Assembly (NCBI GenBank): GCA_965221775.1
Contig: CBDCSU010000006.1
Coordinates: 864,001 to 928,000 of the forward strand
Origin: Candidatus Latescibacterota bacterium
GTDB taxonomy: Bacteria > Latescibacterota > UBA2968 > UBA8231
DNA length: 64,000 bases
Reading direction: 5' to 3'
The notes below the pieces were generated by a model. The model saw nothing but the letters and a program-made list of their open reading frames with translations. It was not told the DNA's origin and ran no database searches. Both the position numbers and the translations under genes were made by a program. Shown here piece by piece: positions 37,385-46,079 of this stretch. The stretch's first letter is position 1; each line of letters opens with the position of its first letter.

Positions 37385-38604
37385 ACCGGCCTCTCCTGCG
37401 GCGGCGTGGCCGGGTCGCCGGGGCCGCCGTGGCGCAGGGCCTCCAGTACCAGCTCCGCGGCCACCTGCCGCGCACGGCCCTCGCCTGCTTCGGCATCACC
37501 GTGGGCGCGGCGGGGCTCGTTGCGGTGCTGTCCGTGGGCGGCGGGCTCAGGCGCCTGGTGATCTCCGACGCGCGCCAGGCGGGCGGCCACCTGAGCGTTG
37601 TCGTCTCTCCACGGGCCGCGGCGGGAGCCCGCGCTTCCCTGACGCTGGCCGATGTCGATCGGATCGGACGGATTCCCGGCGTGGAGGCGGTGGTCCCCGA
37701 AGCCATCGCCCCCGGGTGGATCGCAGCCGGAGGGCGGCAGGTCGCGGCGCAGGTGCGGGGCGTCACGCCGGAGTTCCTGGCCCGCGGCGAGTGGCCCCTG
37801 GACGCGGGCCGGGGGATCGCTGCCGCAGATGTGTACTCGTCGCGGCGAGTCTGCGTGCTCGGCCACTCCGTCGCCTCGCGGCTGTTCCCCGGCTCCCGGG
37901 GGACGGAAGGCGCCGTCTCCATCGATGGTCTGCGGTTCGCCGTTGTCGGGACGCTGGAGGAACTCGCCTCGCGGGATCCCCTCGCCAACGAGGTGGTGCT
38001 CGTCCCCATCACCGCATCCCTCGAGGCGCTCCGCATCCGGGCCATCGGCAGGGCCACCGTTCAGGCCGCCCACGTGGAGGAGGTCGCCGCCATCGTCGAA
38101 CGAATCAGGGCGTGGCTGGCGCGGGCGCACCGCGGCGGCGACTTCCGCGTCCGTTCGGCCGCCGCCGACGCCCGGGGAGCCGTCCGCGCCCTCCGGGCGA
38201 TCGAGGTGTCGCTGGGCGGGCTGGCGGCGATCTGCCTCGGCCTCGGGGGGCTGGGCATCCTCGGCGCCATGCTGGCCTCCCTCGATGAGCGGGTCTACGA
38301 GATGGGCCTGCGCGCGGCGGTCGGGGCTCCCGGCCACGCCCTGCTGCTGCAGCTGCTGGCCGAGTCCCTCGCCATGAACCTGGCCGGCTTCCTCCCGGGG
38401 ATCGCCCTGGGCGCCGGCGTCTCGTCCTGCGTGGAGTGGTCCGTCCACCTGTTCCTGCCCGAGGTCGACTTCCGCGCCGCCGTGACGGGCGATGTCCTGC
38501 TCGCCGCCGGGCTGGCCTCGGGCGGGGTGGGCCTGCTGTCGGGGGCCGTCCCGGCCCTGCGAGCGGCGCGGATGAGCCCGGTGGAAGCCCTCAAGGAGGC
38601 CTGA
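37381..38604 (+). CDS. MacB-like ABC permease
   Basis: GITVGAAGLV, ERVYEMGLRAAVGA, PALRAARMSPVEAL. Confidence 0.85.
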   Translation: MNRPLLRRRGRVAGAAVAQGLQYQLRGHLPRTALACFGITVGAAGLVAVLSVGGGLRRLVISDARQAGGHLSVVVSPRAAAGARASLTLADVDRIGRIPGVEAVVPEAIAPGWIAAGGRQVAAQVRGVTPEFLARGEWPLDAGRGIAAADVYSSRRVCVLGHSVASRLFPGSRGTEGAVSIDGLRFAVVGTLEELASRDPLANEVVLVPITASLEALRIRAIGRATVQAAHVEEVAAIVERIRAWLARAHRGGDFRVRSAAADARGAVRALRAIEVSLGGLAAICLGLGGLGILGAMLASLDERVYEMGLRAAVGAPGHALLLQLLAESLAMNLAGFLPGIALGAGVSSCVEWSVHLFLPEVDFRAAVTGDVLLAAGLASGGVGLLSGAVPALRAARMSPVEALKEA

Positions 38605-38610
38605 GCCCAA

Positions 38611-39534
38611 GTGCGGAGTCTGCTCGCGGCGCCCACGGCCCTGGAGGCGGTGCGGCGGTTCCGCCTGAGGGCGGTGGTCGCCGTCGTCTCGGTAGCCACC
38701 GGCGTCGCCGCCATGGTGGCGATCCAGTCCGTCGGCGCCGCGGTGCAGCGGCTGGTCATGGGCGAGCTCGGCCGGCTCGGGCTCCAGAGGCTGGTCCTGG
38801 TGCACCCCCGGCCGGCGCCGCCACGGCAAGGACCTGCGCCGTTGCTGACCCTGCAGCAAGTGGTGGAGCTCGAGCGCACCGTGCCCGGTCTCGACCACGT
38901 GGTGCCCATGTCGCGGATGGATCTCCGGATCCAGTCCGGGGGCCGCGGGGCGTACGCCCGGGCCACGGGGACGGTGCCCGACTACCGGCGGCTCCTGGGA
39001 GACACGATGGCCTGGGGCCGGTTTCTCGACGCGACCGATGGCCTGACCCGCCGCAGGGTCTGCGTCCTGGGCGCCGATCTCGCCGAGCGGCTGCTGCGAG
39101 GCGGCCCATCCACGGGCCGGAGGGTCCGCCTCGACGGCGTCACCTACACGGTCGTGGGCGTGCTCGAGAGAAGACGGTTGATGGAGGCTGCCCGGGGCGA
39201 CGAGCGGCTCATCCTCCCGGTCCGCACGCTGGAGAGCTTCCACGGCGGGCCCCCCGGGGTCCACCGCATCCACGCATCCCTGGCGGCCGGTGCCGACCCT
39301 GCCGGAGCCGTGGCCGCCGTTCGCCGCGTCCTCGCCCGCGGCGGGCAGGACCTGGAGCGCTACGAGGTCCTGAGCGGCCGGGAGTTCCTCGAGGACATCA
39401 ACCAGGCCCTGATCGCGGCGCGCCTGGTGACGACGGCCATCGCCGGCATGGCCCTGGTCGTCGGAGCCGTGGGAGTCCTCAACACGATGCTCATCTCGGT
39501 GAGGCAGCGGATCTGGGAGATCGGCCTTCGCAAG
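38611..39534 (+). pseudogene. MacB-like ABC permease, 5' part (interrupted by IS1595 element)
   Basis: Ends at ...QRIWEIGLRK at the insertion site. Confidence 0.85.
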
Positions 39535-39547
39535 GGGGATTACATAC

Positions 39548-39576
39548 TTGACTGCGCAAGACCCGTTTCGTATCTT
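39548..39576 (+). promoter_or_regulatory. Sigma70-type promoter in IS left end
   Basis: TTGACT-N17-TATCTT pointing inward. Confidence 0.6.
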
Positions 39577-39582
39577 GGAGGT

Positions 39583-39895
39583 TGACGGGCGGCTCCTGGC
39601 GGGACCCGGAGCCTCCGTAAGTATACGGGAAATCAACGAGTTATCCAACTCGGAGCAGGTAGGGATCAGATGGGCACTACTGGCCGCAACCGAGAGGCGT
39701 TGACAGGGTTCGGGCGGGTTCGATCTTCGAGGAAGGGCGGGCAGCTACGGCAGGTCCTTCTATCTAACGGAGGCAATCCTTCGCCTGGCCTTACGGGGAG
39801 TCCATACGGCAAGAAGCCAGCGCCGGGGAAGTAAGAGTAAGACCGACGCTATGGACAAACCCGCTGCCCGCCCTCACTCCTACTTAACCCGATAG
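39583..39895 (+). ncRNA. Candidate structured RNA or long 5' leader upstream of the transposase
   Basis: No convincing ORF. Perfect 12-bp long-range pairing AGGGCGGGCAGC (39734) with GCTGCCCGCCCT (39863), plus local hairpins near 39586-39618 and 39637-39652. Confidence 0.4.
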
Positions 39896-39905
39896 AGGAT
39901 TGGAA

Positions 39906-40913
39906 ATGGCCGTCAAAGAGGAATCCAAGGTCAAGGCCGTCAAGGGCCGGACCCGAGAAGAGAAGCCGACCAAGAAGAAGCAGAAGGCTCCTGGTCGCCA
40001 CTATCGAGCTGGGATCACGATGGTGGAGTTGTTCAGGATGTTCCCGGACGATGCCGCTGCGGAAAAGTGGTTTGAGCGTCAGCGGTGGGAACAGACCGGC
40101 CTCTACTGTCCTTTGTGCGGCTCCTGCGACAAGGTGAAGGAAGCTCCCAAGCGCAAGCCGATGCCGTACTGGTGCGGAGACTGCCGGAAACGATTCTCCG
40201 TCCGTACCGGGACGCTGATGGCCCGGTCCCATATCTCGTTGCAGAAATGGGCCATCGGGATCTTCCTGCACCTGACCAGCCTGAAAGGCGTCTCTTCGAT
40301 GAAGCTGCATCGGGACCTGGGGATCACTCAGAAGTCCGCATGGTTCATGCTGCATCGGATCAGAGACGCTTACGGGTGCGAGCCGTGCATGATGGAGGGT
40401 CCGGTCGAGGCGGACGAGACTTTCATCGGCGGGCTCGAAAAGAACAAGCACTCACACAAGAAGTTGCGGGCCGGTCGGGGGACCGTAGGCAAGGCCGTGG
40501 TCGTCGGCGTCAAGGACCGTGAGACAAAGCAGGTTCGCGCCTCGGTCGTGCCGGACACGTCTCGCAAGACGCTGCACGGCTTCCTTCGCAAGCATATCAA
40601 AGCCGATGCCAAGACGTACACGGACGAGAATGTGAGCTACAAGGGCCTGCTGAACCACGAGGCGGTCCAGCACTCCATCGGCAAGTGGGTGGAGGGAGAA
40701 GCGCACACCAACGGCATGGAGTCGTTTTGGGCCACGCTAAAACGTGGATACCATGGGGTTTACCACCGTATGAGCGTGCAGCACCTTCACCGCTACATCC
40801 AGGAGTATGCCGGCAAGCACAACATCCGGGACAAAGACACGCTCGATCAGATGCGGGATGTTGTGGCCGGGATGATCGGCAAGCGCCTGATGTACAAGGA
40901 CCTGACTAAGTAG
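39906..40913 (+). CDS. IS1595-family DDE transposase
   Basis: Zn ribbon CPLC...CGDC, then VEADETFIGG, YTDE, HTNGMESFWATLKRG. Confidence 0.95.
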   Translation: MAVKEESKVKAVKGRTREEKPTKKKQKAPGRHYRAGITMVELFRMFPDDAAAEKWFERQRWEQTGLYCPLCGSCDKVKEAPKRKPMPYWCGDCRKRFSVRTGTLMARSHISLQKWAIGIFLHLTSLKGVSSMKLHRDLGITQKSAWFMLHRIRDAYGCEPCMMEGPVEADETFIGGLEKNKHSHKKLRAGRGTVGKAVVVGVKDRETKQVRASVVPDTSRKTLHGFLRKHIKADAKTYTDENVSYKGLLNHEAVQHSIGKWVEGEAHTNGMESFWATLKRGYHGVYHRMSVQHLHRYIQEYAGKHNIRDKDTLDQMRDVVAGMIGKRLMYKDLTK

Positions 40914-41229
40914 GAGGCTCAGATGATTTCAACTCTGTCTCAATCCGTTCGAGGGCCGATAGGATCTGCTGCTCTGTGGTTGGCTCAAAGGTGCGGAGTA
41001 TATCCCGAGCCATTTGAACCAGTACAGAACGCTCGATCAGAAAGGTCTTGGCTTCCGGCTTGTATGCCGGAATGGTCTGACCCTTACTTGTATCCTCCTG
41101 AAACGTCCAAAGGACAAAAACCACGTCCTTGGGGTCGGGTGTTTCTTTCGATAACTGCTCCGCCAGCTCTGCCTTTGACACCCGAAGAAAGGGGTAGGGT
41201 AGAGCAGGCCGTTGCTCGGATTGTGGCAA
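40906..41229 (-). CDS. Hypothetical passenger protein
   Basis: AGGAGG RBS 5 nt before a TTG start. Converges on the transposase. Confidence 0.5.
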   Translation of the reverse strand: MPQSEQRPALPYPFLRVSKAELAEQLSKETPDPKDVVFVLWTFQEDTSKGQTIPAYKPEAKTFLIERSVLVQMARDILRTFEPTTEQQILSALERIETELKSSEPPT

Positions 41230-41467
41230 AAGGTCCTCCTAACCATGAGGCTAAAAGATGAACAGCAAACCGAAACGCCAGCCGAAGCGCCGTACGTCTC
41301 GCAAGTCAAGCTCGCGTAGGTCTTCCTCTGACACTCGTCAAGCTATGCGATCCGCTCGTGATAGGGACCCTGGCAAGCAGGCCGATGCCCGCCGTATTGT
41401 CCATACCCTGTTGCATGGACGCGGCAGCGGCGAGGGAACGGAGCCTAAGAAGAACGAAGACAGCAAG

Positions 41468-41980
41468 TCAATCGTCCTTGGGCTTGTCGCCGACGCGGAA
41501 AGCGAAGAATCCTAACGCGGGGACGTGCTCCAAAGATAGCCACGCATCCCGATCCCCGAGTTTCCTCTTAACCTGCTGCAAATCCCCTGTCTTCTGAATC
41601 TCCAATACAGCTTCTTTGAACCAGTCGTTCCTTCCTTCCCACTTCGGCCACAGAAGATTCAGCAGGCCGAAGCCGTGCATTACGTTAAGCGTGACTACCT
41701 GCTCGTTGTCGTTGGGTAGCCACAAGAGTAGTAGGATATTACTCAGATCGTCCGCCGGGCCGATCAACTCAACACTCGTAATGCCCACCGTACTGCTTCC
41801 CAAGACCCGAGGCGTACCGTCTTCCAGGGGAGCAATCTTGAACTCGAATTTCATATCCTCGTACTTGGCTTGCAGGTAATCCCTTGAGATCCCAAGTCCC
41901 TTAGTCTTCGGATCTTCGGCCAGTAGGAACGAAGGCAAGGCCAGCATTACGAGAATAAGCCAGTAGAATCTGATCTGCAT
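41468..41980 (-). CDS. Secreted hypothetical passenger protein
   Basis: Signal peptide MQIRFYWLILVMLALPSFLLA. Confidence 0.6.
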   Translation of the reverse strand: MQIRFYWLILVMLALPSFLLAEDPKTKGLGISRDYLQAKYEDMKFEFKIAPLEDGTPRVLGSSTVGITSVELIGPADDLSNILLLLWLPNDNEQVVTLNVMHGFGLLNLLWPKWEGRNDWFKEAVLEIQKTGDLQQVKRKLGDRDAWLSLEHVPALGFFAFRVGDKPKDD

Positions 41981-42275
41981 TTCCCGCCCCTTTGCAGAAG
42001 GTTGAAGGGAACGGCCCGGCGTCCCGAATGGACACCGGGCCGTTGCAAAGCAGATCTCTGAGCGAGAAATGTCCCCGCCTATTCACCATCTTCCTCCAAG
42101 GAGCGACCTCGAAGGATACTGCACCGGCTCTTGTATTCAGCAGGCGACCCGGCACAGAAGGCCGGAAAGCTCGGCTGAGACCTGCTTTGCACGCTCGCAG
42201 AATAGATAGATTCTGAGGGAAAGTCAAGAAGAACAACGACTTGTGCGGAGGGTACTTGTTCGTAGATTCAAGGGT

Positions 42276-42884
42276 ATGGACCTAAGAGAACTGATCGAGG
42301 ATCGCCGGGCCGCCCTCGGCATCCGGCGCGGGGAGCTGGCCCGGAGGATGGGCTACCGGGACCCTTCCCGTGGCTGCCGGCGAATTGACAGGCTGCTGGA
42401 CGGCGACGTGGAGCTTGCGGAGGCGCTACGGGCGCGGCTGGCGGCCGGCCTGTCCGTGGAGCCGGGGAAGGTGGATGAGGCGATCCGGGGCGAGCTGGCG
42501 GCTCAGGAAGCCGCGTACCGGGCTGCGTTCAAACCGCACGCGATCGCCCGCACGCGGCGCGAGCGTCCGGAGCCGGTGTTCATTTACGCGATGTGCGGCG
42601 GCCCGGAGACTCAAGTGATCGGCTTGGAGGAAGAGCTGGGGGCGGGAACCTTCGCCCGGCAGGCTCTTCTCAAGCTCCCTGATGCGGTCCCCGGACTCGG
42701 GGCCGTCACCAGCTACGTGGTCAACTACTCGCCGGACCGGGCGGTTGAGTATGACCTGGCCGGCGATCCCGTCCGGGAGTTTGATCGAGCCATCCCGATG
42801 CCGTGGGCCGGCATGGTCGTTGGCGGGAAGCGGATCGGTAGCAAGACGTGGTCAAGGCTGATGAAGATGGAGAAGACTCACTGA
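42276..42884 (+). CDS. XRE-like HTH domain protein
   Basis: LIEDRRAALGIRRGELARRMGY HTH pattern. Confidence 0.65.
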   Translation: MDLRELIEDRRAALGIRRGELARRMGYRDPSRGCRRIDRLLDGDVELAEALRARLAAGLSVEPGKVDEAIRGELAAQEAAYRAAFKPHAIARTRRERPEPVFIYAMCGGPETQVIGLEEELGAGTFARQALLKLPDAVPGLGAVTSYVVNYSPDRAVEYDLAGDPVREFDRAIPMPWAGMVVGGKRIGSKTWSRLMKMEKTH

Positions 42885-42885
42885 C

Positions 42886-42988
42886 AGGGATACTTACAGG
42901 TGCTGGATTGCGAGGGATACTTACAGGTGCTGGATTGCGAGGGATACTTACAGGTGCTGGATTGCGAGGGATACTTACAGGTGCTGGA
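42886..42988. repeat. 27-bp tandem repeat, about 3.8 copies
   Basis: AGGGATACTTACAGGTGCTGGATTGCG x3 plus a 22-nt partial copy. Confidence 0.95.
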
Positions 42989-43116
42989 GGACCCAACACA
43001 GACGCGGGCTTTCGTAACTTACGAATAGCCAACTTACCCATGTCCCATACGAAATTGAGAATAAGGGACACGATCAATTCCACGCCCATGGTTTTACTGC
43101 TCCGTGAGAATTTCTA

Positions 43117-43608
43117 TCACTGAGGGAAGAAAGATCGTGTTTGGGAATGTCCCTTAACTCGATCTTCGATAATCTGTTTGAAGCGTAATTCCAACGTTCC
43201 TTTAGAGGAACACAGGGCATACCCGCTATTCTCTCCGAGACTGCGGTACTCTCGAAAATTCATGTTGACAGTAAGTCTGCTAGATATCTCGCTATCTTCC
43301 CGCAAAACCATGTTGAAACGGAGATAGCGGTGTTGAGGGACTGCTATACCTGGAGTACCGCAGTCAATAAACTCTCCCATCCAGGGCGCGGGCCGTCCCA
43401 TTCCAGTCCATTCTGTAACTATCAGACCGGAATCCTTCTCGATAGTGCTGATTGGAAAATCATGTTCTGCCAAGAAGTCTACAATGGCGGCCCATACCTT
43501 GTCGTACTGTCCCATAGGCCAACTCTTGTCGAAGGTATATTGTTGAGGGGCAACAGCACAAGACGTTAGGCTTATAGCGGCAAGTAATGTAACGAGCGGT
43601 TGGTTCAT
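43117..43608 (-). CDS. Lipoprotein (BamC-like fold candidate)
   Basis: Lipobox LTSC and YDKVWAAIVDFL...STIEKDSGLIVTEW. Confidence 0.65.
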   Translation of the reverse strand: MNQPLVTLLAAISLTSCAVAPQQYTFDKSWPMGQYDKVWAAIVDFLAEHDFPISTIEKDSGLIVTEWTGMGRPAPWMGEFIDCGTPGIAVPQHRYLRFNMVLREDSEISSRLTVNMNFREYRSLGENSGYALCSSKGTLELRFKQIIEDRVKGHSQTRSFFPQ

Positions 43609-43835
43609 CTGTCCTTGCCCTCGTAGCTCTCGTTCCTCCGTCGTTCTGAATCCTGCTGGATGTCCGTCACAGCGTTGTAAATGAAGAATAGCCCAAAGGT
43701 CACGACTATCTGATACGGTGTGAATTCCCAATACAAGACCAGCACAAGCAGAATGAGCCCTCCGATCAAAGCCTTGATCCCTCGGATAGGGCTTGACTCA
43801 GGAATCTTCATGCCGTCCTTCCTTTTGTAGGGCAT
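43605..43835 (-). CDS. Small 2-TM membrane protein
   Basis: Two hydrophobic segments. Stop overlaps the lipoprotein start. Confidence 0.5.
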   Translation of the reverse strand: MPYKRKDGMKIPESSPIRGIKALIGGLILLVLVLYWEFTPYQIVVTFGLFFIYNAVTDIQQDSERRRNESYEGKDR

Positions 43836-43850
43836 CTTGAAGCGGTATCA

Positions 43851-43935
43851 GAGAGGCTAGAGAATCGGCGATCTCAACCGACTTACAATCGGCTGCCTGT
43901 GACAGGGCTTGCGGGTTCGAATCCCGTCGCTGCCG
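43851..43935 (+). pseudogene. Degenerate tRNA-like copy (anticodon UAC, broken acceptor stem)
   Basis: 41-nt core identical to the 44603 copy. Intact T arm GCGGG-TTCGAAT-CCCGT, unpaired acceptor stem, no CCA. Confidence 0.65.
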
Positions 43936-44038
43936 ATTGCATCCACTTGCACAAGAGTTGGTAGTTATCGATGTGATCCGGCCCGCCTTTTGATCGGGGG
44001 ACTTTATGGTAGGAGCAGGCGGCCTGACGGAGGGAGGG

Positions 44039-44239
44039 TCAGGCTTCCTCCCTGTATTCCCAGATCGTGCCATCGGGCTTCTCTGCCACCACTCGACCCG
44101 TTCCGTAGTTCAGTAGCTTTCTGGCCAAATGCAGGGCGTGGGCCTCCCAGTCGTCGTCGCCATCCATCACAACGGTGATGTGGATATCCTCCGGCTCCTT
44201 GGTGTTCTCGTAGGCGCGGAAGATGTAGTTACCTTTCAT
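44039..44239 (-). CDS. Small hypothetical passenger protein
   Basis: 66 aa, GGAGG RBS upstream. Confidence 0.45.
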   Translation of the reverse strand: MKGNYIFRAYENTKEPEDIHITVVMDGDDDWEAHALHLARKLLNYGTGRVVAEKPDGTIWEYREEA

Positions 44240-44365
44240 CACCGCTGATCCCCCTCCAAGAGTGAAGAAGTATTCCCCGCAGGTGGCCCGACACGCGAGC
44301 CCCCTGGGAAGTAGGCAGGGTGGAATATAAGAGCCGCAAGACGCCGGCCCAAGCACAATTTCCGG

Positions 44366-44539
44366 TTAGGGAGGATTCTCGGCGGCGTACTTCTCGCGCC
44401 GCTCCCGAACCATCTCCTTGTGCGTCTGCGGAGGCGTGTTGAGTAGATTTCGAGCGATCCGTTCCGCTTCCTGATGGATCTCTTCCGGGATCTTCCCTTC
44501 CGGGTCGATCTCGCGAGTACTTGACTGTTCTTCGTGCAT
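44366..44539 (-). CDS. Small passenger protein
   Basis: 57 aa containing IARNLLNTPPQTH, AAGGA upstream. Confidence 0.45.
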   Translation of the reverse strand: MHEEQSSTREIDPEGKIPEEIHQEAERIARNLLNTPPQTHKEMVRERREKYAAENPP

Positions 44540-44562
44540 GGCGTTCTTCCTTTCGATAGAGC

Positions 44563-44596
44563 GATGCCCTCCGACCTGGCAGGGTCGGAGGGCATC
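44563..44596. other. Strong hairpin immediately upstream of the tRNA-like gene
   Basis: GATGCCCTCCGACC / GGTCGGAGGGCATC, a perfect 14-bp inverted repeat. Confidence 0.75.
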
Positions 44597-44602
44597 TGTC
44601 AC

Positions 44603-44689
44603 GGCGGGGCTGAGAATCGGCGATCTCAACCGACTTACAATCGGCTGCCTGTAGCGGGCTTACGGGTTCGAATCCCGTCCCCGCCGCCA
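44603..44689 (+). tRNA. Non-canonical tRNA: anticodon UAC (Val) with long variable arm, G73 and encoded CCA
   Basis: Acceptor GGCGGGG/CCCCGCC, D stem GAGA/TCTC, anticodon arm CCGA-CTTACAA-TCGG, variable stem GCCTG/CGGGC, T arm ACGGG-TTCGAAT-CCCGT, 3' end G-CCA. Confidence 0.75.
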
Positions 44690-44825
44690 CCCAACTATGC
44701 GTTACGCCTACATGCGATACGAATGTTACGATACAAAGGTTCTTCGTCAATAGGTGAACATCAAAGCACTATTCGGACTCCAACGCCGGGGTCTGCGAAG
44801 TCAACGGTATAATTCCCTTCGCAAG

Positions 44826-45119
44826 GCCCTCGGCGCCCGGCCGATGGCCATCGTGGGTCAGTTCCTCACCGAGGCGGTGGTCCTGAGCTGCTGCGGCGGC
44901 GGCCTCGGCCTGGCCCTGGGATGGGGACTCGCCCGGGGCGGCGAGGCGATGCTCTCCGGATGGCTCGGAACCTCCATGGCCGGCTCCACCGACTGGGGGT
45001 CCGCGGGGCTCGCCCTGGCCGTCTCCCTCTGCGTGGGCATCGGCTCCGGCGTCGTGCCCGCGGTGCAGGCCGCCGAACTCCCTCCCGCGGAGGCCATGAG
45101 GCATGCTGGTCGAGCTTGA
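44826..45119 (+). pseudogene. MacB-like ABC permease, 3' part
   Basis: ALGARPMAIVGQFLTEAVVLS...PAVQAAELPPAEAMR continues the 38611 gene. Confidence 0.85.
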
Positions 45120-45816
45120 GTCCGCCTGCAAGACCTACAGGAGGGGGACGCAGGAGGTGCGCGCCCTCCGGGAAGTGGACGCCGCCTTCGGCGAGGGCGA
45201 GTTCGTCGCCCTCATGGGTCCCTCCGGCTCCGGGAAGACGACGCTGCTCAACATCATCGGCTGTCTCGACAACCTGACGGCGGGCCGGTACCTCCTGCAG
45301 GGCGAGGATGTGACCGGCCTGAACCCCATCCGCCTCGCCGAGGTCCGAAGCCGCAGGATCGGCTTCGTCTTCCAGAGCTTCCACCTGCTGCCGAGGGCGA
45401 CGGCGGCGGAGAACGTCGAGCTGCCCCGGATCTACGCGGGAGCGAACCGCCGCCAGCGGCGGGAGTGCGCCCGCGCGGCCCTCGATCGGGTCGGGCTGGC
45501 CGACCGCCGCGACTTCCGGCCGGAGGAGCTGTCCGGCGGCCAGCGGCAGCGCGTGGCCATCGCCCGGGCCCTGGTCAACGAGCCCTCGCTGATCCTGGCG
45601 GATGAGCCCACCGGCAGCCTGGACCCGCAGGCCGCGGGAGAGGTCATGGAGCTGTTCGCGAGACTGAACGACGAGGGCATCGCCATCGTCCTGGTAACGC
45701 ACCAGGAGGAGGTGGCGCGGCACGCGAGGCGGAAGATCCGCCTGGCCAATGGCCGCGTGCTCCCCACACCCGCGGGACCGGAGTCTCCCGCACAGACCCA
45801 AGGGACCCGCCCATGA
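45103..45816 (+). CDS. ABC ATP-binding protein (MacB/LolD-type)
   Basis: [33 protein letters not shown]. Confidence 0.93.
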   Translation: MLVELESACKTYRRGTQEVRALREVDAAFGEGEFVALMGPSGSGKTTLLNIIGCLDNLTAGRYLLQGEDVTGLNPIRLAEVRSRRIGFVFQSFHLLPRATAAENVELPRIYAGANRRQRRECARAALDRVGLADRRDFRPEELSGGQRQRVAIARALVNEPSLILADEPTGSLDPQAAGEVMELFARLNDEGIAIVLVTHQEEVARHARRKIRLANGRVLPTPAGPESPAQTQGTRP

Positions 45817-46079
45817 CGAAGGCCGAGATCACCCGCGGGGTCCGGGAGGCCGTGGTGAAGGCCCTCGACCTGCCCATCCAACCCGACCAGCTCCCCGAGA
45901 GCGAGCCCCTCTTCGGCGCCGACGGCGAGGTCGACTCGATCCTGTCGATCAAGCTGGTCGTCGAACTGGAGGAGACTTTCGGGATCGAAGTCGACGACGA
46001 CGATCTGACGGAGGAGCTCTTCGGGACGGTGGCGGCCCTGGCGGAGTACGTGGAGACGAGACTGGCGGCCCTCCGTTGA
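45813..46079 (+). CDS. Acyl carrier protein
   Basis: 88 aa, acidic, with [21 protein letters not shown] (phosphopantetheinyl Ser). Coupled to the ATPase by ATGA. Confidence 0.88.
   Translation: MTKAEITRGVREAVVKALDLPIQPDQLPESEPLFGADGEVDSILSIKLVVELEETFGIEVDDDDLTEELFGTVAALAEYVETRLAALR

Larger units (their letters stand above)
39535..44817 (+). mobile_element. IS1595-family transposon with passenger genes (5,283 bp)
   Basis: 8-bp target duplication TTCGCAAG (39527-39534 and 44818-44825). Imperfect terminal IRs GGGGATTACATACTTGAC / GGGAATTATACCGTTGAC. Lower GC. Removing the element restores EIGLRK-ALGAR. Confidence 0.92.

Noticed and set aside
39583-39895. Group I intron / IStron at the IS left end
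   Set aside because: Only vague resemblance to P/Q/S elements. No convincing P7 pairing could be built by eye.
40923-41515. Plus-strand ORFs 40923-41261 and 41258-41515
   Set aside because: The first overlaps a minus-strand ORF that has a strong RBS. The second is low complexity and overlaps the 41468 gene. Not supported enough to call.
42886-42988. CRISPR array
   Set aside because: The repeats are contiguous with no spacers, and there are no cas genes.
44602-44689. tRNA-Sec (selC)
   Set aside because: The anticodon is UAC, not UCA, and an 8-bp acceptor reading leaves no discriminator plus CCA. The SelA-like gene at 12839 looks like a DgaE-type catabolic enzyme.
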